Assembly (NCBI GenBank): GCA_046075565.1
Contig: JBJTQJ010000113.1
Span: 1 to 43,297 of the forward strand
Reading direction: 5' to 3'
From: Verrucomicrobiales bacterium
Lineage (GTDB): Bacteria; Verrucomicrobiota; Verrucomicrobiia; Verrucomicrobiales; SLCJ01
Length of the DNA: 43,297 nucleotides
Part shown: piece after piece, positions 1 through 10,117 of the stretch
Layout: every line of letters begins with the position of its first letter
Numbering within the stretch: position 1 is the stretch's first letter
Program-made: the position numbers and the translations under genes
The notes under the pieces: model-generated
What the model was told of the DNA's origin: nothing
The model's database searches: none
The model's input: the letters and a program-made list of their open reading frames with translations, nothing else

Positions 1-73
1 GCGCCCGGGCGGCGAACGACGCTCCGGCAGCCACCCCGCCCACAACCACGATTTTGGTGTTCGATATTGTCAT
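1..73 (-). CDS. 5' end of FAD-dependent pyridine nucleotide-disulfide oxidoreductase (CoA-disulfide reductase-like); runs off the window
   Basis: Not in the ORF track. Manual translation from ATG at 73 gives MTISNTKIVVVGGVAAGASFAARAR, the GGVAxGASxAARxR FAD-binding start of the CoADR/NADH oxidase family. Confidence 0.85.
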   Translation of the reverse strand, partial: MTISNTKIVVVGGVAAGASFAARA

Positions 74-78
74 GTATC

Positions 79-107
79 ACTATATGCCGATATTTGATTC
101 TTGGCAA
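79..107 (-). promoter_or_regulatory. sigma70-type promoter, probably giving a leaderless mRNA
   Basis: Minus strand TTGCCA (107-102), 17 nt spacer, TATAGT (84-79); ATG follows 5 nt later with no room for a Shine-Dalgarno. Confidence 0.65.
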
Positions 108-317
108 GCGGGATTTTTCTTTTTCTTGTCTTGGCGGGAACCGGTGGGAGAAATGCGGGTCAATGCGGTGGCCGTTGTTGCGGCCATCGGCGTATGGTCA
201 TCCCGCAGTCGAATCGAACCTGCGAGCCTGGGAAATCCCCTCTGCGGGCCGACGCATCACCGGCCAAAGATGGCCTCGGGATTTCGTCCTCCCGTCGTCT
301 TCGGCCCCAATTCATCC

Positions 318-1292
318 ATGACATCAGACACTTTTGAAAATGCCTATCTTGGCGCGAGGGCCGCGGATGCCCTGGCCATGCCCGTGCATTGGTATTATGA
401 CCGCGATGCCCTGCGCGCGGAGTATGGCGAGATCACCGGTTATCTCGAGCCGAAGAACCCTCATACCGGGTCGATCTTGTGGCGTTCGCACTACGTCGCA
501 CCGAATGCGAAAGGGGAGATCTTGCATGATCAGGCCCGTTACTGGGGTCAGCGTGGCATTCACTACCACCAGTTTCTCCGGGCCGGGGAAAATACCTTGA
601 ACTTCCAACTTGCCGACGAGTTGGTGCGGTTGTGCGCAAAATCCGGTGGCTACGATCCCGATGCTTGGCTCGCCAGATACATCGAATTCATGCTTATACC
701 CGGCAGCCATCGGGACACGTATCTCGAAGAATACCACCGCGGATTTTTCACCCGCTACGCCACGGGCAGACCTCCCCGCAAATGTGCCATTCAAGACGAA
801 CACATCGGAGGGCTCGCCCAGGTGCCCGCATTATGTTTTATCCTGCGGGAAGCCGGACTTCCCGAACTCCGCGCGGCGGTAAAAGAGCATGTCGGTCTCA
901 CCCACGCGCACGCGAACGTGCTCCGCGCAGCCGACACGCTGGCCCGGTTGTTGTTCCGGATCCGCGAAGGTCTCTCCGTGCATGATGCCATCCGACGCGA
1001 GGCTGGCGACTGGATCTCAGGCACCAAGGCGAATGAATGGACGCGCCAGCCCGATACATGGGTCATCGGCGAACGATTCAGTCCCGCCTGTTACATTGCG
1101 GAGTCAATGCCTGCTTCCCTTTACCTCTGCTGGAAATATCACGATAACTTTGATGCAGGGATCATTGTCAATGCCATGGTCGGTGGCGACAACTGCCACC
1201 GTGGTGCGGTTGTCGGTTCGGTGCTCGGTGCGGCCAATGGCGTGCCTGACAAATGGTTGTCGGGTGGTCACCAGCCGGAAAAGGTGATTTAG
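318..1292 (+). CDS. ADP-ribosylglycohydrolase family protein
   Basis: LGxxAADALAMPVHW N-terminal motif, NAMVGGDNCHRGAVVGSVLGA C-terminal motif; start taken at MTSDTF (318). Confidence 0.85.
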   Translation: MTSDTFENAYLGARAADALAMPVHWYYDRDALRAEYGEITGYLEPKNPHTGSILWRSHYVAPNAKGEILHDQARYWGQRGIHYHQFLRAGENTLNFQLADELVRLCAKSGGYDPDAWLARYIEFMLIPGSHRDTYLEEYHRGFFTRYATGRPPRKCAIQDEHIGGLAQVPALCFILREAGLPELRAAVKEHVGLTHAHANVLRAADTLARLLFRIREGLSVHDAIRREAGDWISGTKANEWTRQPDTWVIGERFSPACYIAESMPASLYLCWKYHDNFDAGIIVNAMVGGDNCHRGAVVGSVLGAANGVPDKWLSGGHQPEKVI

Positions 1293-1297
1293 GCTTT

Positions 1298-1339
1298 CTG
1301 TTTTCCTGCGGCAAGGTTGGAGGCCATGCGGGGAAACAG
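1298..1339. terminator. possible hairpin between convergent genes
   Basis: CTGTTTTCCTGC pairs with GCGGGGAAACAG (with G-U pairs) just after the stop at 1292. Confidence 0.3.
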
Positions 1340-1404
1340 GAGGCAATGAAATGGACCGCCGGAATCTCTGCTTGCGCGCGAGGGCGCCAACCCGGGCGCC
1401 GGTT

Positions 1405-1671
1405 TCAACGGGTCACTTCGAAACGCACGCGCCCGAAGCGACGGGCTTGGCCTTCGCCTGTGATGTCATCCACTGTGACTCTTTCCCATTGGGCGTTGAT
1501 CGGGGCGATGGTTTCCGGACCGGTGGATGGAGTCCAATCGGCTGGGCCGGTGGCCGAGGGGTCCGAGCAGAATTCCACTACCTGCACCAAACCAGGCGCG
1601 GCAGCGCGCGACGTTAACGCGGCAAGTCCTAGAGCCAAGGCCACAAGGCAGTAGAAGGCACGGAAGTTCAT
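1405..1671 (-). CDS. small secreted hypothetical protein (88 aa)
   Basis: Signal peptide MNFRAFYCLVALALGLAALTSRAAA followed by a beta-rich segment ending RRFGRVRFEVTR. Confidence 0.55.
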   Translation of the reverse strand: MNFRAFYCLVALALGLAALTSRAAAPGLVQVVEFCSDPSATGPADWTPSTGPETIAPINAQWERVTVDDITGEGQARRFGRVRFEVTR

Positions 1672-1769
1672 GAAGGAGGGGGGATTTCGGGCGATACGAC
1701 TGCATTATCCCCCGGGTAGCAATCAGAATTTTAGGGGCAGGCGCACCGGACGGACCCGCCACCCGATGG

Positions 1770-2978
1770 CTATTCCACGATTTTCAAGTCCATGGGTGGA
1801 ATTATGCATCCGGGTTTCGACTTTTCGGTCGCGAAAGTGACATTTTTGCGCATTTGGCGAACGGCATCTCCCGGTTTGATGCCACGGGAGAGCACGAGGT
1901 CCAGATAGGCGAAGTCCACGACCGCGCTGCCCGCCCAATCGGCCGTTTTGGTGAATCCGGAGACCGGAAAGTGACCATCGGCAGCCTTGCGGATCTCATG
2001 TGGGACCTTACCGGCCATGGCGAGGCAGGCCCCGAGGTGGACGAGTTTGATCTCGGGTGCGTAGCGAAGCTGGCGTCCGATGAATTCCCCGTCGAGCACA
2101 TGGCCATCCACGGTGATGCCTTCTTCTTTCCCGTGGCTGGATACATAGAGCACGGTGGGTTCATTCAGATAAGGCAACTCGGAACACCACTTCGCGAAAT
2201 CTTCCTTTTCGTCAAAAAAACGGTGACGGATCTCGACCTCGGGCACCCTCGTGAAAAACTGTTGGAGCATGTTGCCATAGGAATACTCGGCCTCCTGCAA
2301 ACTATTCTCCCAGTGTGCTTCGAGGATGATGAGCCATGAACGCCCCTTGGTTGGGGGAATCTTGGTTCCGCTCCATTCGCCACCGGGGGAACCGTCTTCG
2401 TTTTTCCATGTTCCACTGAAGGAAGCACCATCCTCCTCCAGTTTGAATTCACCGGTTCCGCCTTTGCCAGATGGTTCACGGAAGGTGAATTTGAATAGTC
2501 CATTGTCGGCCGTTCCCTCGATCTCAGCCTGGCCATCGCTCTGGTAGCATCCAATGACCTGGTTTTGCTTTTCGATCAGACGGACCGGCCCGAGATTCGT
2601 TTTCCAGACGCCATTGAATCCGGGATTTGCCGGTTCCATCCGTTTTCCACTCCAGGCCTGCCAATCTTCCTTGTCTTTCTCGCGCCAGCGACCGGTGAAA
2701 CTTCGGCCGTCTTCCGCCATGGAGAATTGGCCCTCGCCCGTAATCTCACCTTCCGCGTAGGTGAAGGTCAGGGTGGCACCGCTCACTTTGCCTTGGAGTT
2801 CGCCCACCAGAAGGTTGGCGATCTGATAACTTCCGGTCACGTTGCCGGCTTCTTCAGAGATGGAAAGTTCGCCGAAGGTGCTTTCCCATTTGCCGGCGAA
2901 AGAAGCATCCTTCGCAGGCAGCGGGAGAGCCAGCAAGAGGACGGCGAAGATGCGGAAGAAATTGGCGCGCGCGGTCAT
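1770..2978 (-). CDS. secreted protein: two beta-rich repeats plus C-terminal caspase/CHAT-like domain
   Basis: Signal peptide; two ~95 aa repeats (FAGKWESTFG...GRSFTGRW and FNGVWKTNLG...GASFSGTW); LYVSSHG and LVHLGAC motifs. Confidence 0.7.
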   Translation of the reverse strand: MTARANFFRIFAVLLLALPLPAKDASFAGKWESTFGELSISEEAGNVTGSYQIANLLVGELQGKVSGATLTFTYAEGEITGEGQFSMAEDGRSFTGRWREKDKEDWQAWSGKRMEPANPGFNGVWKTNLGPVRLIEKQNQVIGCYQSDGQAEIEGTADNGLFKFTFREPSGKGGTGEFKLEEDGASFSGTWKNEDGSPGGEWSGTKIPPTKGRSWLIILEAHWENSLQEAEYSYGNMLQQFFTRVPEVEIRHRFFDEKEDFAKWCSELPYLNEPTVLYVSSHGKEEGITVDGHVLDGEFIGRQLRYAPEIKLVHLGACLAMAGKVPHEIRKAADGHFPVSGFTKTADWAGSAVVDFAYLDLVLSRGIKPGDAVRQMRKNVTFATEKSKPGCIIPPMDLKIVE

Positions 2979-3092
2979 GGGTCGGAACTTAGCAGGATTC
3001 AGACCGGAAAACCAACCCGAGTTGACATTCCCGGTCTTGCCCTGCGACGAATTTTCTCTAATAAACTCCGAACCTAGCCGCTCCCGCCCTGC

Positions 3093-4112
3093 TTACGGTT
3101 TTTCCTGTTTCGCTTTCAGCCAACCTTCCGCGTGGTCGAGGCGTTTGCGCAGGTCGGCGATGGTGTCGCGTTCGACCCGCAGTTCGCGGTAGCGTGCGAT
3201 CATCTGGTTGAAATCGCGCCGCGCTTCCTGGGCGATGGACTCGACCCACTTTTCCGAGCGTACGGCTTCGTTGAGGCCAACGTCCGATGTCGCGGGGGAG
3301 TCATGATGGGTGTAGAGAGCGGCTTCCTGAGCGGCGCGTTGCTCGCGAAGGACCTGGAGGCGGGTGAGTTCGGTTTCCATGGCCTTGCGCTTCTCCGCGT
3401 CCAGGTCGGTCGCGCGCAGGGACTGCTGCATCTCCTTGATCTTGAGGTCGAGTCGTCCGGTGGCTTTGTCGAAAGCCTCGCCGAGTGCGCGTACGGTCGA
3501 GTCGGTCTGGCGGGCGGCGCGGCGGTTCTGCTCGAACTCCGGGTTGTCCCGGTAGTTGGTGTCCCAGCCCCAATCGCTACCGCCGGATTCGACGATGTAT
3601 TTGTCGTGATCCTCATGGGTATCCATGCTCAGGGCGAGACCCACGGCTCCTTGGATCATCTTGTCGATGCGCTCGTCGAAGGCTTCCCGTTCCTTGAAAA
3701 GATCTTCCTTGCGGAATGGATTGTCGCTGTGGCGCAGTTGTTCCTCCAAATCGGCGCGCAGGCGGGCATAATACTGGGCGGCTTTGCCGAGGCGCTCGAT
3801 CATGTCGCGTTTCGTCCGGGCGACACGGGTGCGGGAGTCGTTGCTGTCGGTCATGCCGCCCAAGGTTTTCAGGATCTGGTCCACGTTACCTTGGATGGAT
3901 TTGTCGAGGGCGACGATCTCATTGACCATGGCGGTCGCGCGTTCCTTGCGTTTCCCGATGCGGTCGGTGATCTGGCCGACGTAACGGGTCACTTCTTCGA
4001 CGGTTGGTTCGGTTTTTTCCTCGGGAGCGGCTTGGGCTGCCTCTTGCGCGTGAACCGGGCTGAGGGAAATGGCGAGCAAGCCGAAAAGCAGAGGGAATCG
4101 ATTGGTCTTCAT
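3093..4112 (-). CDS. secreted coiled-coil hypothetical protein
   Basis: Signal peptide MKTNRFPLLFGLLAISLSPVHA; highly charged helical sequence; start moved to 4112. Confidence 0.75.
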   Translation of the reverse strand: MKTNRFPLLFGLLAISLSPVHAQEAAQAAPEEKTEPTVEEVTRYVGQITDRIGKRKERATAMVNEIVALDKSIQGNVDQILKTLGGMTDSNDSRTRVARTKRDMIERLGKAAQYYARLRADLEEQLRHSDNPFRKEDLFKEREAFDERIDKMIQGAVGLALSMDTHEDHDKYIVESGGSDWGWDTNYRDNPEFEQNRRAARQTDSTVRALGEAFDKATGRLDLKIKEMQQSLRATDLDAEKRKAMETELTRLQVLREQRAAQEAALYTHHDSPATSDVGLNEAVRSEKWVESIAQEARRDFNQMIARYRELRVERDTIADLRKRLDHAEGWLKAKQEKP

Positions 4113-4213
4113 GCAGCGATGCGAATCGGCAACCAATGGATGGTCGAGCCAACCGATGGCCGGCGAATGAGTCGGCGGCTGGTTTGAAATGGCCAATCTT
4201 TCGTGCGAGCAGC

Positions 4214-4277
4214 GGACACGACCCTCGTGGATCGTGTCCCTCCGGCGGGTGATGCCATGGCCAGCAGGCTGGCCATG
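4214..4277 (-). repeat. REP-like palindromes
   Basis: Minus strand GGAG + GGACACGA-N10-TCGTGTCC (4243-4214); second perfect inverted repeat CATGGCCAGC-AG-GCTGGCCATG (4256-4277). Confidence 0.55.
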
Positions 4278-4298
4278 CAGAAGCGGCAGCGGGCCTCC

Positions 4299-5420
4299 TC
4301 AACGTTCCCCGATCGGCTCGACGATCTGGGGATAGGGGCGGCCGTTGTAGGCGCTGAGCGGGCGGAAGAGTTTGTTGTCGCCGAGTTGCTCGAGAACATG
4401 GGCCGTCCATCCGGCCATGCGGGAGATGGCGAAGATTGGGGTGAAGAGATCGGTGGGAATGCCGAGACTGTAATAGACCGTGGCGGAGTAGAAATCCACG
4501 TTGGCGTTGAGGCCTTTTTTCTCCTTCATGAGCTGGGCGATGCGCTCGCTCATCTGAAGCCATTTTGCTTCACCGAGTTCGTTGCTCAGGCGGATGGCCA
4601 TTTCGCGGAGGTGGGGGGCGCGGGGGTCGAGCACCTTGTAAACGCGGTGGCCGATGCCCATGATTTTTTTCTTCTGGGCGAGGGCCTCGTCGATGTAGGC
4701 ATCCACCTTGGAGGGGTCACCGATTTCCTGGAGCATCTGGATGACACCTTCGTTGGCTCCACCGTGGAGAGGTCCCTTGAGGGCTCCGATGGCGGCGCTG
4801 ATGGATGAATACATGTCGCTGAGCGTGGAAGCGACGACGCGGGCGGTGAAGGTAGAAGCATTGAAGCCGTGTTCGGCATGCAGGACGTAGGAGACATCGA
4901 GCGTGCGTGCGGCTTCGGCTCCCGGTTCCTCGCCGGTGACAAGCCAGAGGAAGTGGGCGGCTTCGTCGAGATCCTTGCGGATCGGGGGAAGCGGCAGGTC
5001 CATGCGCGCGCGATGGAACCAAGCGGCGACGATGCCGATTTGAGCGACAAGTTTGAGGGCAATCTGCTGGTTTTCCGGGGTGGTGATCTCGGAGCGCAGC
5101 GTGTCGTAACATCCGAGCATGCTCACGGCCGTGCGCATGACGTCGATCGGGCGCGCGGTTTTCGGAGCGTGGGTGAGGAAATCGATCACGCCCTGGGGCA
5201 GTTCTCGTTCGGCTCGGAGGGCGGTCTTGAGTTGGTCGAGTTCGAAGGCCGTGGGGAGTCGGTTATGCCAGAGCAAATAGACGACTTCCTCGAAGCAGGT
5301 CTTGCTCGCCAGTTCGTTGATATCATATCCGCAGTAGAATAGAACGCCTTGATCGCCCTTTACTTCGCCCAGTCGGGTTTCAGCGGCGACGATCCCTTCG
5401 AGTCCTCGATTCAGTATCAT
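4299..5420 (-). CDS. gltA: citrate synthase (short ~373 aa type; citrate/2-methylcitrate synthase family)
   Basis: NRGLEG start, LHAEHGFNASTFTAR, GPLHGGANE, MGIGHRVYK, NVDFYS motifs. Confidence 0.9.
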   Translation of the reverse strand: MILNRGLEGIVAAETRLGEVKGDQGVLFYCGYDINELASKTCFEEVVYLLWHNRLPTAFELDQLKTALRAERELPQGVIDFLTHAPKTARPIDVMRTAVSMLGCYDTLRSEITTPENQQIALKLVAQIGIVAAWFHRARMDLPLPPIRKDLDEAAHFLWLVTGEEPGAEAARTLDVSYVLHAEHGFNASTFTARVVASTLSDMYSSISAAIGALKGPLHGGANEGVIQMLQEIGDPSKVDAYIDEALAQKKKIMGIGHRVYKVLDPRAPHLREMAIRLSNELGEAKWLQMSERIAQLMKEKKGLNANVDFYSATVYYSLGIPTDLFTPIFAISRMAGWTAHVLEQLGDNKLFRPLSAYNGRPYPQIVEPIGER

Positions 5421-5463
5421 GATAGTGGATGGTGCTCGGTTGATGAATAAGATGCAGATGCCA

Positions 5464-6372
5464 TCAAATTTTGCCCCAGTGACGGAGGAGGGTGTCAGCC
5501 ATGTCGGACGGGGTTTCGGCGACAGCGATGCCGCATTCGGCAAAGATGGCCTTCTTGGCGGCGGCGGTGTCGTCGCCTCCCGAGACGATGGCGCCGGCGT
5601 GGCCCATACGACGTCCGGGAGGAGCGGTGGCTCCGGCGATGAATCCGGCAACGGGTTTCTTGCAATTTTCCTTGGCCCAGCGGGCGGCTTCGGCTTCGCC
5701 ATTGCCACCGATTTCGCCGATCATGATGATGGCTTCGGTTTCGGGATCTTCGTTGAACATTTTCAATACATCCAGGTGGGAGGTGCCGTTGATGGGATCT
5801 CCGCCGATGCCGACGCAGGTGCTTTGCCCGAATCCGCGGCTGGTCAATTGCCAGACGGCCTCATAGGTGAGGGTGCCCGAGCGGGAAACGACGCCGACAT
5901 TGCCGCGGCGGTGGATGTAGCCGGGGGCGATGCCGATGCGGCAACCATCGTGCGAGTTCTTGCCCGTGCCGGGTGTGACGAGACCGGGGCAGTTCGGGCC
6001 GATGAGCCGGGTTTTGGCATGCGACATCTGGGCGCGCACTCGCATCATGTCCATGACGGGGATGCCTTCCGTGATGCAGACAACCAGGTCGAGCCCGGCA
6101 TCGACGCCTTCAAGGATGGCATCGCCGGCGTAGGCGGGCGGCACGAACACTACCGAAACAGTGGCTCCGGTTTCCCGAATCGCGGCGGAAACGGTATCGA
6201 AAATGGGAACCTTGTGGTCGTTATGATCAAATGTCTGGCCTCCTTTGGTGGGAGTGACGCCGGCCACCACTTTGGTGCCGTAGTCCAGACTGAGGCGGGC
6301 GTGGCGGGCACCGAAACTGCCGGTGATGCCTTGCACGAGGATGCGGGTATTTTCGTCAACGAGAATGGCCAT
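5464..6372 (-). CDS. sucD: succinyl-CoA synthetase alpha subunit
   Basis: [36 protein letters not shown] (phospho-His). Confidence 0.96.
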   Translation of the reverse strand: MAILVDENTRILVQGITGSFGARHARLSLDYGTKVVAGVTPTKGGQTFDHNDHKVPIFDTVSAAIRETGATVSVVFVPPAYAGDAILEGVDAGLDLVVCITEGIPVMDMMRVRAQMSHAKTRLIGPNCPGLVTPGTGKNSHDGCRIGIAPGYIHRRGNVGVVSRSGTLTYEAVWQLTSRGFGQSTCVGIGGDPINGTSHLDVLKMFNEDPETEAIIMIGEIGGNGEAEAARWAKENCKKPVAGFIAGATAPPGRRMGHAGAIVSGGDDTAAAKKAIFAECGIAVAETPSDMADTLLRHWGKI

Positions 6373-6411
6373 GAGAATGTGCGCTTGTTAGTTTGGAAGG
6401 GCGAGTGGGGT

Positions 6412-7590
6412 TCAGGCGACGGCGGCGACGATTTTTTGGGCGGCGTCGGTCATGCTGTCGGCGTTGATGACGGCGACACCGGATTCGGCGAGCGTTTTGC
6501 GGCCAGCGTCCACGTTGTTGCCCTCGAGGCGGACGACGAGGGGGAGCTTGAGACCGACCTCACGGACGGCTTGGACGATGCCGGTGGCGATGACATCGCA
6601 GTCCATGATTCCGCCGAAGATATTGACCATGATGCCTTTGACCATGGGGTCGCCGAGGATGATTTTGAAGGCGGCCACGACCTGATCCTTGGTGGCTCCG
6701 CCGCCGACATCGAGGAAGTTGGCGGGTTCACCGCCGAAGTGTTTGATAATGTCCATGGTGGCCATGGCAAGGCCGGCTCCATTGACGAGGCAGGCGATGT
6801 TGCCATCGAGGCCGATGTAGTTGAGGCCGTATTCGGAGGCCGCGACTTCGCGGGGATCCTCTTCATCCTTGTCGCGCATGGCCTGAATGTCGGGATGCCG
6901 GAAGAGGGCGTTGTCGTCGAAGTTGAACTTCGCATCGAGCGCGTAAACGTGGTCGTCTTTCGTGACAACGACCGGGTTGATCTCGACCATCGAGCAATCG
7001 CAATCGGTGAAGAGCTTGTAAACGGAGTGGAGCAAACGGCCGAATTGGCGGGGATTCGTGTCGAGGCCGAGGTCGTGGGTGAGTTTGCGCACCTGATAGG
7101 CCTGGAGGCCGGCAAGCGGGTGGACCGGTTCGCGGAGAATTTTTTCCGGAGTTTTTTCCGCGACTTCCTCGATGTCCATGCCGCCTTCGGTCGAGGCAAT
7201 GATCACCGGGCGGCGGGTCTCACGATCCATGAGCACAGCGAGGTAAAGTTCGCGGGCGATTTCCACCGATTCCGCGACCATGACCTTGCGCACTAGGCGT
7301 CCCGCTTCTCCGGTCTGTTTGGTCACCAGGACCTGGCCGAGCATTTTTTCCGAGACGTCACGGGCGGCCTCGGGGGATTCCACGAGCTGGACACCGCCCT
7401 GGAAGCCGTTTTTGAAGGTTCCCTTGCCGCGGCCGCCGGCATGGACCTGCGCTTTGACGACGAGGTGCTTGACGCCGAGCCATTTGGCGGCTTCGAGGGC
7501 CTCATTGGGCGTGGAGGCGGCCCGGCCTTTCGGACTGGGGACACCGAATTTGTCGAAAAGTTCTTTGGCCTGGTATTCGTGGATATTCAT
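6412..7590 (-). CDS. sucC: succinyl-CoA synthetase beta subunit
   Basis: [53 protein letters not shown]. Confidence 0.96.
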   Translation of the reverse strand: MNIHEYQAKELFDKFGVPSPKGRAASTPNEALEAAKWLGVKHLVVKAQVHAGGRGKGTFKNGFQGGVQLVESPEAARDVSEKMLGQVLVTKQTGEAGRLVRKVMVAESVEIARELYLAVLMDRETRRPVIIASTEGGMDIEEVAEKTPEKILREPVHPLAGLQAYQVRKLTHDLGLDTNPRQFGRLLHSVYKLFTDCDCSMVEINPVVVTKDDHVYALDAKFNFDDNALFRHPDIQAMRDKDEEDPREVAASEYGLNYIGLDGNIACLVNGAGLAMATMDIIKHFGGEPANFLDVGGGATKDQVVAAFKIILGDPMVKGIMVNIFGGIMDCDVIATGIVQAVREVGLKLPLVVRLEGNNVDAGRKTLAESGVAVINADSMTDAAQKIVAAVA

Positions 7591-7772
7591 GCTGCGGCGC
7601 GCCGGGGAGGCGGAAGACGGATAAGCTAGGGAGGCAGCCGTTACGTTCAAGTGCTGAATCTTCCGTGTTTTCGTCCCGGCGGGGCAGAAGTCGGAAACCG
7701 GAAATTCCAGGACGAGGCTTGCTTTCAGGGGTTTCCCACCGTTTATTGGATTCCCTCCAAGCTCTAAGGTCC

Positions 7773-8816
7773 ATGTATTCAAGGAAAGCGGTTTATACGG
7801 TCAGGTTCTTCTTCCTCCTGGTTTCCGGGGGGGTAGGGGCGCTGATCGCCCAAGGGCTGGTGTGGAATGTGTGGGGAGGCACGGCCATCGGGGCCTTTTT
7901 CGCGTCCATCTTCATCGCCGTGGACCTTCTGGCCCGGAATTGGTCGTTCCGGAACTTTTCTTCCGGCACCTTCGGGCTGATGGTCGGCCTTTTCTGCGCC
8001 TGGCTTATCACCCGCATCGATTTAGGTACGATTCCGATTTTTTCCGAGAGCAACCCGTATGGTGACGAATTGAGGGGAGTCCTTGAACTGGGGCTCTACC
8101 TTGCCTTGGGATTCCTTGGCAGTTCGTTGGCCTTGCGATCAAACAGGGAAGAATTTTCCTTCATTATTCCCTACGTCCGGTTCCGGCGTGAGGCCATCGA
8201 AGAACAGCCGACGATGCTCGATTCGAACATCCTCATCGATGGGCGAATTCTCAAGCTGGTGAAAACCGGGTTCCTGCGCGGGCCCTTCGTCGTTCCCCGT
8301 TTCGTGCTCGATGAACTGCAACTCCTCGCCGACGCGCCCGCCGGGCAGAAAAAAGATCGGGGGAAACGCGGATTGCTCAACCTGCAGGAATTGCGGCGCA
8401 AGCTGAATGTCGAGGTGAGTGTCCACGACGACTACGAGGACAATGATTCGCTTCCCGTGGATACGCGCCTTGTTCAGCTTTGCCGTCGGCTGGCCGCCCG
8501 TTTGCTCACCAATGATGCCAATCTGGGGCAAGTGGCGCGTTTGCAAGGGGTGCACACGCTCAATCTCCACGACCTGTCCGAAGCCATGCGTCCGGAAGTC
8601 TTGGTTGGCGATGTTCTGGAACTCGGATTGGTCCGCCGGGGCAAAGATGATCACCAGGCCGTCGGGTTCCTTCCGGATGGCACGATGGTGGTCGTGAATC
8701 ATGCCTTCACGCTCATCGGCGCGACGCGGAAAATCGTCGTCTCCAGCACGATCCAGACCTCAACCGGCCGCATCGTTTTCGGCGAATTGGCCGAACCCGC
8801 AAACGTGGCAGGGTGA
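7773..8816 (+). CDS. membrane PIN/TRAM domain protein (YacL family)
   Basis: N-terminal TM helices; [35 protein letters not shown] (PIN); [12 protein letters not shown]...[10 protein letters not shown] (TRAM). Confidence 0.9.
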   Translation: MYSRKAVYTVRFFFLLVSGGVGALIAQGLVWNVWGGTAIGAFFASIFIAVDLLARNWSFRNFSSGTFGLMVGLFCAWLITRIDLGTIPIFSESNPYGDELRGVLELGLYLALGFLGSSLALRSNREEFSFIIPYVRFRREAIEEQPTMLDSNILIDGRILKLVKTGFLRGPFVVPRFVLDELQLLADAPAGQKKDRGKRGLLNLQELRRKLNVEVSVHDDYEDNDSLPVDTRLVQLCRRLAARLLTNDANLGQVARLQGVHTLNLHDLSEAMRPEVLVGDVLELGLVRRGKDDHQAVGFLPDGTMVVVNHAFTLIGATRKIVVSSTIQTSTGRIVFGELAEPANVAG

Positions 8817-8855
8817 TGCGGCCTTGGAGTTTTGATCGGAGGCAAAGCAATATAT

Positions 8856-9782
8856 TCACGGGCCGTTTGGCCGCATGAGCGCATGGCGCATGATCTCTAC
8901 CGGAGGAGCCCCTCCGAACCAGCGGGAAAATGAAATCGCGCCTTGATGGATGAGCATGGAGAGTCCGTTGGCGGTCGGGCAGCCGGCATTCCGGGCGGCC
9001 GCGAGCAAGGCGGTCTCGGGAGGACTGTAGATCATATCGTAGACGGCGAGGCCGGGGTGCAGGCTTTCGACGGGAACGGGCAGCGGGTCTTCCGGTTTCA
9101 TGCCCGCCGAGGTGGCATTGACCAGCAGATCACAGCCCGCCAAGGCGGCTTTGATGGCGGGGAAATCGTCCATGGCCAGCACAATTGCTTGCATAGCGGG
9201 CGAGACTTGGCGGATTTCCGCGGCGACCGATTCGGCTTTTGCGACGGTCCGGTTGATGAGCACAATCTTCGGCGAACCATCGAGGGCGCATTGTAGGGCG
9301 GCCGCTCGACCAGCCCCGCCACCCGCTCCGGCAATGGCGATGCTCGATGTGCAGAGTTTTTTCCCGAAAGCCTCTTCCACGGCGGCGGATAGGCCCGGGC
9401 CATCGGTATTCGAGCCATGGGTCACCCCATCCGGGCGGAAATGCACGGTGTTGACTGCTTGGAAAAGGGAGGCCGCGCCATCGACTTCGGTGCAGGCGCG
9501 GAGGGCCTCGAGTTTGTGGGGCACGGTCACGTTGGTGCCGGTAAAACCCAGTTTCCGGAGAAGGGAAAAGACCTCCGCGACCTCGCCGGGAAGCACGTGA
9601 ATTTTGACGTAGCGGAGCCCGAGGTCCCGGGCGTCGAGCGCCGGTTGGTGCATGCCAGGGGACCGCGAATGCGCCACCGGATCCCCGATTACAGCCACGC
9701 CCGGTCGCAGGCCGTCGGCAGGCAAGCCCCGCTCGAGCCAGTTGCGGAGATCGGAGATGGTGAGGGGAGCTTCGGAAGGCAT
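8856..9782 (-). CDS. aroE: shikimate dehydrogenase
   Basis: GDPVAHSRSP, NVTVPHK, AVNTV, NTDG, GAGGGAG, NRT, NATSAG, GLSMLIHQG. Confidence 0.93.
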   Translation of the reverse strand: MPSEAPLTISDLRNWLERGLPADGLRPGVAVIGDPVAHSRSPGMHQPALDARDLGLRYVKIHVLPGEVAEVFSLLRKLGFTGTNVTVPHKLEALRACTEVDGAASLFQAVNTVHFRPDGVTHGSNTDGPGLSAAVEEAFGKKLCTSSIAIAGAGGGAGRAAALQCALDGSPKIVLINRTVAKAESVAAEIRQVSPAMQAIVLAMDDFPAIKAALAGCDLLVNATSAGMKPEDPLPVPVESLHPGLAVYDMIYSPPETALLAAARNAGCPTANGLSMLIHQGAISFSRWFGGAPPVEIMRHALMRPNGP

Positions 9783-9877
9783 GGCGGAAATTGCGCGGAT
9801 TTTTTGGGAGGATCTGCGGAGAATCGGGTGGGTGCGATCATTTACACTTGGCCCATTCATCGCTCCCCCCAATTTGC

Positions 9878-10066
9878 ATGAACGTTCTCCCCCTGACCAT
9901 ACTTTTCAGTAGCCTGCTCGCCATCTTTTTCATCATCGCCTTCGCGGTCGAATGGGTCCGCGGGCGAAATACTTCCTTGGAGAGGGAAAGTCTTCTTCCA
10001 TTTGCCGACGACGAACCTGTGGCACGGACGCGCCCGAACCGCCGCCGTGAACAGATCGGCAACTGA
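9878..10066 (+). CDS. ccoS: CcoS-like cbb3 oxidase maturation protein
   Basis: Small single-TM protein ending in SLLPFADDE-type motif, directly upstream of ccoN. Confidence 0.6.
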   Translation: MNVLPLTILFSSLLAIFFIIAFAVEWVRGRNTSLERESLLPFADDEPVARTRPNRRREQIGN

Positions 10067-10117
10067 ACCCAGCTATCCCGCGAACAACCCGCCCGAATCT
10101 TTCATCCCAACACCGCC

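Noticed and set aside
5419-7296. 625-aa plus-strand ORF and similar long ORFs (e.g. 3132-4187, 11009-12079, 12734-14002, 27106-28428, 35221-36276)
   Set aside because: Antisense shadows of well-supported genes in high-GC DNA with no recognisable motifs
4299-7590. sucC-sucD-citrate synthase order mimics the ATP-citrate lyase / citryl-CoA synthetase+lyase layout (reverse TCA)
   Set aside because: The third gene is a full-length citrate synthase with its N-terminal region and SucCD look canonical; no other rTCA genes are present. Phylogeny would settle it
7773-8816. PIN toxin of a toxin-antitoxin or defence system
   Set aside because: TM-PIN-TRAM architecture is the conserved YacL type and no antitoxin is adjacent
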